DNA of 64,000 bases. Source: an uncultured Fibrobacterota bacterium (GTDB lineage Bacteria; Fibrobacterota; Chitinivibrionia; Chitinivibrionales; FEN-1185). Below, piece by piece: positions 1 to 7,772 of the stretch. Position 1 is the stretch's first letter; each line of letters starts with the position of its first letter. The stretch covers positions 32,001-96,000 of the forward strand of contig CAVSQB010000027.1 in NCBI GenBank assembly GCA_963729895.1, read 5' to 3'. The notes below the pieces were generated by a model. It was not told the origin of the DNA, did no database searches, and saw only the letters and a program-made list of their open reading frames with translations. Position numbers and translations under genes: made by a program.

Positions 1-467
1 CGTCCGTCCTTGAAATCCGGGAACGACCATTCGAACGGCTGATATTTCCCCGCCTTGTACCGGCCCGCAAGGTCGGCATATATTCCTCTGTCAAGATAGA
101 TCTTCTGCCCCGCCTCTTTTGCGGAGGCCAGCACCACCTTGTTGTGGTCAAGATACCCGGCGTCGCAATTGACGATTCTCCTGCCGCCGATTCTCAGCGA
201 ATCCTCAATCGCGTTGCAAGCAAGCTTCATGTCCACCAGCAGTCCGGGACCGGCAAGCTTTTCAAACGCAAGCAGGCGGCGGAACAGGGGCGCGCCCATT
301 TCCGGCCCGTAGTATGCGGTGACGTCGAACGGGTGGTCGGTTCCCTCAAAGTCAACAGCCCCCCATTGTCCCACGAAAAGCGGGCGCGCCCGGTTGAGGG
401 ATTCGGCTTCCCGGAACAGGACCGCGATGAAGTACTTAACGGCCGGCGGCGGCTGTGTTGACGCCAT
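1..467 (-). CDS. DUF4416-family protein (partial, 3' end outside window)
   Basis: Manual translation from ATG 467: MASTQPPPAVKYFIAVL...TAYYGPEMGAPLFRRLLAFEKL...RIVNCDAGYL...KIYLDRGIYADL...PFEWSFPDF, matching DUF4416 motifs; overlaps the upstream gene end. Confidence 0.75.
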   Translation of the reverse strand, partial: MASTQPPPAVKYFIAVLFREAESLNRARPLFVGQWGAVDFEGTDHPFDVTAYYGPEMGAPLFRRLLAFEKLAGPGLLVDMKLACNAIEDSLRIGGRRIVNCDAGYLDHNKVVLASAKEAGQKIYLDRGIYADLAGRYKAGKYQPFEWSFPDFKDG

Positions 468-1311
468 AGTTGACAATCTCCAATGCCCGGGCGACAATCG
501 CCGGGTCCATGCCGGACGAGGAGGCGATGAATTCCATCTGTTTGTCCGGCGTGAGGACGGTCCGGACGGTGCGCTGCGCATTCCGGATTGCAAGCACGTT
601 TCCCTGCAGGTACTGATGGCAGCCGTCCTTCACATGCGTGAGCACCGGATAGGTCATCATTTCAAACGCGAACGAGCGTTCCCATGCGTTGCCGAACGCG
701 GCGTCGCTCACCGGCTCCACCTTGAAGGTGAGGCGCAGCTTGCGGTTACCCTTGACGCTGGTGAACAGTTCCAGGCGCGCGCCGCCGGAAACGGGCCGCA
801 ATTCGATGCGGTTGTACCCGGTGTCGAAAAACACGGGCCGCTCCCGGGGAACCGCGATAGGCGCAAACAGGAGGAAGCCGGGATCGAGAAGCAGGATGCC
901 GCCCCCGGGCCGGACCATGATGATCCCGCAGTGCGTGTCTGCGCCGTAATGGCGGTCCGCGAGAATGGGGTATGCCTCGATTCCGAGACTGTCGAGCACC
1001 GCCACCACGGCCGCGGTGAGGGAAAAACACGTGCCGCCGGTCCCCCATTTCAGATAATCCCCTATCACCTCGTCCGGATGCCGCATCGCCGACGCGGCGC
1101 TTACCACCGAGTCCGCCTTGAGAATCTTGGTGAGGTTCTCATACGGGACCTGTCTGAACGCATTTGCTATCTTGTCAATTAAAACGTCCTGATGAGACCG
1201 GGGGTCGATTGCGAACACGCCGAGAAACCGCGGCAGAAGGCCGCTATCGCGCACGCGAAGCCACGGCGCGTCGTGAACGCGTTTGCTTGCGGGTTGGGTA
1301 TGCACGATCAT
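436..1311 (-). CDS. Arylamine N-acetyltransferase family protein
   Basis: VPYENL, GGTCF (catalytic Cys), THCG (His), LDPG (Asp) NAT-type triad; start codon uncertain (ATG 1311 or a nearby GTG). Confidence 0.75.
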   Translation of the reverse strand: MIVHTQPASKRVHDAPWLRVRDSGLLPRFLGVFAIDPRSHQDVLIDKIANAFRQVPYENLTKILKADSVVSAASAMRHPDEVIGDYLKWGTGGTCFSLTAAVVAVLDSLGIEAYPILADRHYGADTHCGIIMVRPGGGILLLDPGFLLFAPIAVPRERPVFFDTGYNRIELRPVSGGARLELFTSVKGNRKLRLTFKVEPVSDAAFGNAWERSFAFEMMTYPVLTHVKDGCHQYLQGNVLAIRNAQRTVRTVLTPDKQMEFIASSSGMDPAIVARALEIVNYGVNTAAAGR

Positions 1312-1486
1312 GCCATAAAAATAATACGAAATGGCAATGGCCGGCGGAAACAAACGGTGCGCACGGCCTTTGGGGGATGGATACCATCGCTTTTGTGATT
1401 GCACGGTTGGCCGCAATGGCTTTGTTGTCCGGAAAATGTATTTTGTCGTTACCCCAGAACTCCCCTCAACCGGAGATTTCGCAGCA

Positions 1487-1921
1487 ATGGCAGCGCCACT
1501 AGACAACGCAGATGAGCGATTTTTTCTCGGCCTCCCGGAGATGGACGAGCAGCACACGTACCTGTACGGCCTGTTCGACCGCCTCGAACGGTCTGATAAA
1601 GTGACAAACACACAAAGCACGGCCCTGCTTCTTGCCGAAATAGAACGTTACCTCCTTTTCCATTTCGAAAGCGAGGAGCAGCTCATGCGGCGCTACGGGT
1701 TCGCCGGCTTTGCCCAGCACCAGTCCGATCACGAAACAGCCGGGGCCAAACTAATCCGGTTTATGGACGATTTCAACAGCGGGTGTCTCAATCCGGCAGC
1801 CTTGCGTATTTTTCTGACCGGATGGCTCATGGAGCACTCGAGGATAAGCGATTCGGCTTATGCGGCATGGGTGAAGGAATGCAGGAAGAAAGTGTATGAT
1901 TCCGGTTTGCTGAGCCGGTGA
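1487..1921 (+). CDS. Bacteriohemerythrin
   Basis: Iron-ligand motifs MDEQH, HFESEE, HQSDH, WLMEHSRISD. Confidence 0.88.
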   Translation: MAAPLDNADERFFLGLPEMDEQHTYLYGLFDRLERSDKVTNTQSTALLLAEIERYLLFHFESEEQLMRRYGFAGFAQHQSDHETAGAKLIRFMDDFNSGCLNPAALRIFLTGWLMEHSRISDSAYAAWVKECRKKVYDSGLLSR

Positions 1922-2325
1922 AGCAATATCAAAATAATAGTATGGATTGCTAAGCGGGTGCAGCGAATATCAAGATAATATTCTTGTGTGCTGAGCGTGT
2001 GCGGCGATCCAAAGTTAATGCGATTTTGGCTTGCTGAGCCGGTGCGGCGTGGATGTACCCTCGGCAAGCCCGTACCATCGTTGCGCGCACCGAAGCGGCA
2101 CCCGGTTAATAAATGCTCAACTACTCACAGGCATAGCCATCGATTCAACTCTTCAACTTCTCAACTTATCAACACAGGGTTGCTTCATTGGCCTTTACAG
2201 CGACATTTCGTGGGTGCCCCACAGCCAAGGATTGGATTCCAACAACTGCTCCCGCTATGGGTGCACCCGGCTCAGCCATCCAAATGTATTTGATTATTTA
2301 TATTTCCTGCTCAGCCATCCAGATG
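1908..2325 (+). repeat. Mosaic intergenic element, copy A (4 forward 18-bp repeats, hairpin modules, 2 inverted repeats)
   Basis: TGCTGAGCCGGTGCGGCG-like units at 1908, 1948, 1989, 2032; inverted GCTCAGCCATCCA-containing units at about 2264 and 2305; modules recur at about 8 loci in the window. Confidence 0.85.
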
Positions 2326-2466
2326 AATTTGAATTGCCTTTACATATTGTTGCGCGCATTGTTGCGCTCACCCTTGAGCCGGGGCAAAAACCCGCAACTA
2401 CAAAAGAACATTTCAAGATACACTTACCTTCAAAATCACTGTAACTTGTTGTTTTTAAAAGAAACG

Positions 2467-2486
2467 ATGTAAACAAAAGGTGTACG
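2467..2486 (+). promoter_or_regulatory. Putative TIGR02147 operator box 1
   Basis: ATGTAAACAAAAGGTGTACG; near-identical boxes at 4936 and 7346; -10-like GGTATATT starts 58 bp after the box start. Confidence 0.65.
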
Positions 2487-2576
2487 CATAGTATTTTTAC
2501 CAAGTATGTGTCGGGTGTTTTTGCGGTATATTAAATCGTGGGCACGTGCGTAGTTTACGAAGGAATTCCACTGTTT

Positions 2577-3422
2577 ATGAAATCAGTCTTTGAATATATC
2601 GACTATCGCCGGTTTCTTAAGGACTTCTACGACGACGCGAAGAAGACCAGGAAATACTTTTCGTACCGGTTCTTTGCGTTGCGCGCGGGGGTCAACGCTC
2701 CCATTCTTCTCAAGATGGTCATTGACGGTAAAAGAAACTTGAGCCCTAAGACAATCGACAAGTTCATTCAAGGCGTCGGCCTGAAAGAGAAGGAAGCGGT
2801 GTTCTTCCGCAATCTGGTCCATTTCAACCAGGCAAAATCATCGCTTGAAAAACAGGAATATTACCGGGTGCTCAAGTCCATGTCCGACCAGGTGTCCCAG
2901 CACGTCATGGACGATGATCATTTCGATTATTACGATAAATGGTATGTGAGCGCCATCCGTGAGGGGATCTGCCAGCACGATTACAACGACAACTGGGACC
3001 TGGTGGCAAAAAGCGTTCATCCGGAAATATCCCCCGACGATGCGCAGAAGACCGTGGCGTGGCTTTGTGCCCATGATCTCCTCAAAAAACAGAAGAACGG
3101 CAGATACGAGCAAACACACACGGCAATCACCACGCGTTCCGAAGTAAAGTCGATGGTCGTCAGAAATTTCAACCGTGTCATGATACGCCTTGCCGAACGG
3201 TCGCTGGATAACGTGCCGGTGCAGGAACGGTATGCGTCCGGGATTACCATCGGGTGCACGAAGGAAGCCTATGACATGGTCGTGGCGGAGATGGAAGGAT
3301 TCCGGGATCGTGTCGTCAAAATCGTCGACTCTCTTGACACAAGCGACAGCGTGTATCAGCTGAACATGCAGTTGTTTCCCTTGATGCGTTCGCCGCGGAC
3401 CAAGGACAACCGCTCATCATGA
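2577..3422 (+). CDS. TIGR02147 family protein (DUF4423), putative DNA-binding regulator
   Basis: VFEYIDYRRFLKDFY, FSYRFFA, DGKRNL, FRNLVHFNQA, WYVSAIRE, VYQLNMQLFPL: signature of the Fibrobacter paralogous family. Confidence 0.88.
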   Translation: MKSVFEYIDYRRFLKDFYDDAKKTRKYFSYRFFALRAGVNAPILLKMVIDGKRNLSPKTIDKFIQGVGLKEKEAVFFRNLVHFNQAKSSLEKQEYYRVLKSMSDQVSQHVMDDDHFDYYDKWYVSAIREGICQHDYNDNWDLVAKSVHPEISPDDAQKTVAWLCAHDLLKKQKNGRYEQTHTAITTRSEVKSMVVRNFNRVMIRLAERSLDNVPVQERYASGITIGCTKEAYDMVVAEMEGFRDRVVKIVDSLDTSDSVYQLNMQLFPLMRSPRTKDNRSS

Positions 3423-4771
3423 AACAAATACTTCTTGCCGTTCTGGCGGCAGTCCAGTTGCTTTTTCTTGAATGCGGCACCGAACCCACCATGGCGGCTG
3501 GTTCAAGCGCAACCGGCAATGCCAAAGTTTCCGGCATCGTCGGTGACGGTCAGGGAAACCCTGCGGCAGGGGTGACTTTGTATTTGCGTACTTTTACGAT
3601 TACCCCGCGGGGCGACAGCATTATTGAGAATAGAAGCGCCAAGACAGGTGCAGGCGGGTCGTATGGATTCGACAGCGTCGCGGCAGGAAATTACGCGCTC
3701 TATTGCAACGATTCGGCCAACGCACGGTCCGCAATCCTCCAGAAAATCCTTCTTGCAGGCGACTCGGAATCCGTGATTGCCAATCTTGTCGTCAATCACG
3801 ACGCTGTTGTAAAGGGAAGAATTGTCGATTCAACCAAGTCCGATTTGCAGAACATGCGGATCGTGGTTCCGGGCATGGGAATTGTCTTCTATCCCGACAG
3901 CCAGGGAAATTACGCTTTGCCTGGTGCGCCGCGTTCGGCGTACGACATCGCCTTTATCAGCGGCTCCTGCGCCGATTTTCTCCACGTCGACCTGTCGGCC
4001 GATCCCGGCGATACTGTTTTTGTCAATGACGTGATGTTTGCAAAAACGGTTTCGGGGTCGCAGGGCGTTGAGAATTATTATCCCAGTTCGCTCACCGGTT
4101 CTTTTACCGTTGTTCCGGTCGAAGTGCAGGCCCAGGCGCTTCTGTTCGACGATTTCGAAAGCCCTCTTGTCGGCGGAATAGCGCGCAACGACATCTACAA
4201 CACGCTGCCGTCGCCGGGCGGCGCCGGAAGCGGTCAGTGGGTGGTGCGGCCCAACGCCAACGGTCACGTGATTACTCCTGCCGTTTTTCCGGATGATTTC
4301 GACAGTTGCATCATCGCCGACGGCGCATTTCACGGAAAATCCATGAGGATTTTCATCTATTTCAACCAAGGGCAACCTCCCACCGGCGGCATCGGCGTTG
4401 ACATTTGCACGCCGCGCGTGTACTACGACCTCTCCAAAATGACCGAATTCAGCTTTTATGCAAAAGGCTCGGGACGACACCGGGTGGTGTTTCACACCGA
4501 CACGGTGGAATACGGCGAGGGAGAATTCATTTACGAATTCACCCTACCGCCGGAGTGGCAGAGGATTTCGATAAAGAATACCGACCTGGCGCCGAGCCCG
4601 GGTTCCCAGACCGCGGCGCGCGGCGTCACGTGGCAGAGCGCGTCGCGCGGCGTGACCTCACTATCCTTCTTTGCGTTGACAAACGACACGTTGTATATGG
4701 ACGACATGTATATGTTCGGCATTACCGCGGCAGATATGGTTGTGACATCGCCGGGGAATCAGATGCCCTAG
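3419..4771 (+). CDS. Putative lipoprotein: carboxypeptidase-regulatory-like Ig domains plus C-terminal CBM11-like carbohydrate-binding domain
   Basis: Signal peptide with Cys (LFLEC), AGSSATGN motif, LLFDDFE...YDLSKMTEFSFYAKGSG...PEWQRISI...LYMDDM galactose-binding-like fold; ATGA overlap with TIGR02147. Confidence 0.7.
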   Translation: MKQILLAVLAAVQLLFLECGTEPTMAAGSSATGNAKVSGIVGDGQGNPAAGVTLYLRTFTITPRGDSIIENRSAKTGAGGSYGFDSVAAGNYALYCNDSANARSAILQKILLAGDSESVIANLVVNHDAVVKGRIVDSTKSDLQNMRIVVPGMGIVFYPDSQGNYALPGAPRSAYDIAFISGSCADFLHVDLSADPGDTVFVNDVMFAKTVSGSQGVENYYPSSLTGSFTVVPVEVQAQALLFDDFESPLVGGIARNDIYNTLPSPGGAGSGQWVVRPNANGHVITPAVFPDDFDSCIIADGAFHGKSMRIFIYFNQGQPPTGGIGVDICTPRVYYDLSKMTEFSFYAKGSGRHRVVFHTDTVEYGEGEFIYEFTLPPEWQRISIKNTDLAPSPGSQTAARGVTWQSASRGVTSLSFFALTNDTLYMDDMYMFGITAADMVVTSPGNQMP

Positions 4772-4798
4772 CAGAGTTGCAAGCAATACCTGTGAAAG

Positions 4799-4832
4799 AG
4801 GGTGCGCTGCCAGCATGGCGACGCACCCTATT
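4799..4832 (+). terminator. Hairpin, probable terminator
   Basis: AGGGTGCG...CGCACCCT inverted repeat after the 4771 stop. Confidence 0.5.
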
Positions 4833-4935
4833 CTATTTGCGAATTTCAAATCCTGAACGGTTTGGCGGCTATGTGAACATTGTGTTACAATTAATCATTG
4901 TTATTGTTCGTAACTCATTATAAATAGCCATTATT

Positions 4936-4955
4936 ATGTAAACATAAAGTGTACG
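4936..4955 (+). promoter_or_regulatory. Putative TIGR02147 operator box 2
   Basis: ATGTAAACATAAAGTGTACG; GTGAACA auxiliary site 65 bp upstream; GGTAATTT starts 58 bp after the box start. Confidence 0.65.
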
Positions 4956-5053
4956 ATATTCTGACATGGCCAGGGATTTTTTGGCCCCAAAGAGGTAATT
5001 TATAGAGCGAAGGAAGATGGCCAATTACCTGTCAGCACAAGGGAGGCAAGGAA

Positions 5054-6082
5054 ATGTCTGTTTTACGTTTAGTGAATAGTTTGACGGCAGCAGTTGTCGG
5101 AATTGCGCTGGCATGGTGCGGGTCGGCCACGTGCGCCGATACGGTGCAGGTCAATGTCACATCGCTTCTTGATGCCAGGGCAGTAACAACATTTTCGAAC
5201 GGAAAGTTGTATACCTGGTCAAAAGGAATAGACGGAAATGGCGGCAGTGACGGGTATATCACCCATTCGGCTGCCGTGTTTCTCGGCCGTACCGACGTGC
5301 TTACCCTGCCCGACAGTGCTCTGTTTCCAGCCAACGCAAATCATCCTGCGATGATTTTGAATTACTCCAATTCCGACAGCACCGGATTTCAAACACACTA
5401 TCTTGGAGCTTCGTCCGGCAGCTATTCGGGAATAGACTCCGTCACTTTTTCCGTGCCGCAGGGAAACTATTCAAACGTGTACATAGCCTTGACCAGTTCG
5501 GAAGGATCCACTTCCCTTGACGTTGTCGTAACCTATACCGATGGACCGGTTACGGACAGTTTCATCTGTCCGGATTATGCACAAGCGCTCACTCCCAACT
5601 TCTTCTTCGTTGATTCCAATCTTGCCAAGTGGACCCCTCAGAATACGGTGAATGAGGCTTCCGGTCACAACATTGACGGGCTGAATCTTGCTACAAATCC
5701 GGCAAGAAATCTCACAAGCGTCAAACTTATCAAGAGAACCGCCGGAAGTTATCTCGTGTTCTGGGGCGCAACAGGAGTTGAAAGTTCAACCGTTGCTGCT
5801 CAGCCCTGCGTCCGTCCCGCTTCTACCGGCGCGCTCGGCTCCGTGCGCTGCGTAGCCAATCGCAACACCGGCATGCAGTTTGTCAATCTTCCGGCCGCGA
5901 CACAGATCACCGTGTATTCGGCAGCCGGAAAATCGGTTGCTCGTACGGTCTCGGCAAACGGCGGATCGGTTGCCTTCGACAGCGGCATTGCCAACAGCGG
6001 TGCGGTTGCGACCGGTGTTTATTTCTGCGAACTGCGTTGCGGGAATGCGGTGAGGACCATGCGCCTTGTCGATGCGAAATAA
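5054..6082 (+). CDS. Secreted protein with C-terminal T9SS-like sorting domain
   Basis: Signal peptide; Ser/Thr/Asn-rich beta domain; C-terminal VYSAAGKSV...GVYFCELR. Confidence 0.7.
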   Translation: MSVLRLVNSLTAAVVGIALAWCGSATCADTVQVNVTSLLDARAVTTFSNGKLYTWSKGIDGNGGSDGYITHSAAVFLGRTDVLTLPDSALFPANANHPAMILNYSNSDSTGFQTHYLGASSGSYSGIDSVTFSVPQGNYSNVYIALTSSEGSTSLDVVVTYTDGPVTDSFICPDYAQALTPNFFFVDSNLAKWTPQNTVNEASGHNIDGLNLATNPARNLTSVKLIKRTAGSYLVFWGATGVESSTVAAQPCVRPASTGALGSVRCVANRNTGMQFVNLPAATQITVYSAAGKSVARTVSANGGSVAFDSGIANSGAVATGVYFCELRCGNAVRTMRLVDAK

Positions 6083-6162
6083 TTGTTCGGAACCGGAACA
6101 GGAACGTTCACAGCCTCGATGGAAAGCCCCTGTTCGCGTTCTAAACTCTGGAGGGGTAACGT

Positions 6163-7185
6163 ATGCATCTTTATCACAAAGCAACCATTGCTGCACTGGG
6201 AGCGGTTTTGGTATCCGGGCTGTGTTTTTCCGCGATACCGCCCAATTATTCGGCTGTGCCGTTTCGCAATGTGATTCAGCAGATTCCCGGAAGATTTTTT
6301 CCCTGGCGATATGATTCGGCCACAGCCGGAGGTATTTCCTGGTTAAATCCCGGGACTGATACGATGTCCGGCGATTATTATCAATACGACGGCCGCACGA
6401 CAGGGGGCCGCGAGGATCGAATCATGAACAGGATACTCAATCCCGCCTGGGATGTATACGGAGATTCGGCTTTCCAAAATCCGCCGGATTCCGCCGACAC
6501 CGTTGCCAATCCGGTGTCCGATACGACCCTGATCTATAAGGACATGAACGCCACAAAAGACGGGATATACATCGGCTATGTCGAGCCACGTGAATGGGTG
6601 AAATCAACGGTGAATGTCGCCACTGCAGGGCTTTACCAAATAGACCTCATGGTGACTGGGCGCACCACCACTCCTATGATTATGATCGCTGCTTTGAACG
6701 GGACGGATTCCGTCTCAACGGGCACAATCACTTTTAGGAGTACGGGGTTTTATCATTGGTACCAGGATGAGAAAAACATGGCGACTATTCGTCTGCAAAA
6801 GGGAATTCAGTTGATTCGAACCGAAATTACGGGCAATCCCCCGTTTAATATTTGGTTTTTCAGATTTACGCTTATCGACAGTTCCACAGGTGTGGCCCCA
6901 GCATCCTACGAGCGGGATGCATGGTGGGGAGAGGTCGGCGCGATCATTCTTCACAACGGGAGCATACAGTTGTCTTTTTCGGCGGCCAGCGACAATCCCG
7001 TTACGGTGACCATGTATAGCGCCACAGGAAGAGAATATGGTTCGGAAGTTCTCGCGTCTGTCCACAGCGGCATGAACACCGTCTGCTGTCGAACGCGGCC
7101 GGCACCAGGAGTGGTGTTTGTCCGCTTGAAACAAGGTGATGATGTCCTTGTTACAAAGGCGGCCGTTACCGGTGGAAAAAGGTAA
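6163..7185 (+). CDS. Secreted carbohydrate-binding (CBM6/CBM35-like) protein with T9SS-like C-terminal domain
   Basis: QQIPGR...IGYVEPREWVKSTVNVATAGLY...STGFYHWY...FNIWFFRF resembles CBM6; C-terminal MYSATGRE...GVVFVRLK. Confidence 0.7.
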   Translation: MHLYHKATIAALGAVLVSGLCFSAIPPNYSAVPFRNVIQQIPGRFFPWRYDSATAGGISWLNPGTDTMSGDYYQYDGRTTGGREDRIMNRILNPAWDVYGDSAFQNPPDSADTVANPVSDTTLIYKDMNATKDGIYIGYVEPREWVKSTVNVATAGLYQIDLMVTGRTTTPMIMIAALNGTDSVSTGTITFRSTGFYHWYQDEKNMATIRLQKGIQLIRTEITGNPPFNIWFFRFTLIDSSTGVAPASYERDAWWGEVGAIILHNGSIQLSFSAASDNPVTVTMYSATGREYGSEVLASVHSGMNTVCCRTRPAPGVVFVRLKQGDDVLVTKAAVTGGKR

Positions 7186-7345
7186 TCCTTATTGTGTGAG
7201 GTGGCATGGCGCGTCACGCGGTGTTACTTCTATAACGTTCTTCGATGTGCGATTTTCCCATCATGGAAGGCTTACCTGAAAAGTGAACACAATATTGTAA
7301 TGCGCAAATAGGTTAGTAAGTAACTCTTTTAAAATCAATATAATG

Positions 7346-7365
7346 ATGTAAACAAAAAGTGTACG
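7346..7365 (+). promoter_or_regulatory. Putative TIGR02147 operator box 3
   Basis: ATGTAAACAAAAAGTGTACG; GTGAACA 65 bp upstream; GGTAAATT starts 57 bp after the box start. Confidence 0.65.
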
Positions 7366-7496
7366 ATATTTCCAGCCGCATCTGGTTTTTTCGACTAAAA
7401 GCGGTAAATTTACAGCGGGAAGGAAAAGGGTGAAACCTGAAGGGTTGCTTTGTTCACTGGAAAAAGTGGCGGAAAAATGGGTACAAGGAAGAAAGA

Positions 7497-7676
7497 ATGA
7501 TCCGGGATGCGATGGCGCGGCATGGGACCATTTGTCTTCTCCCGCACAAGGCATCTTTGGAGGAGTGTTTCACTTGCGAAAACAGCATGTTGATTTTCTG
7601 GTTCAACACCCGGGACCGGTCAACACATCTTATTTCGGAAAAGATTGAACAAGAAACATCGGTCCTGTTTGAATAA
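7497..7676 (+). CDS. Small hypothetical protein (59 aa, below the ORF-track cutoff)
   Basis: MIRDAMARHGTICLLPHKASLEECFTCENSMLIFWFNTRDRSTHLISEKIEQETSVLFE; purine-rich RBS upstream; lies right after the box-3 promoter. Confidence 0.45.
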   Translation: MIRDAMARHGTICLLPHKASLEECFTCENSMLIFWFNTRDRSTHLISEKIEQETSVLFE

Positions 7677-7772
7677 ATCTGCGGCAATCGCTGTTGGTTG
7701 ACGGATTTGATCGTTAAGTGTGTAATCAATCGTACTGGAATCGTCATAAATTTGCCAAAAGGGGGAAATGCG

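Noticed and set aside
1908..2049. CRISPR array call for the 18-bp repeat/spacer units
   Set aside because: Repeats are too short and degenerate, spacers are AT-rich and reused between loci, arrays are dispersed, and no cas genes are in the window
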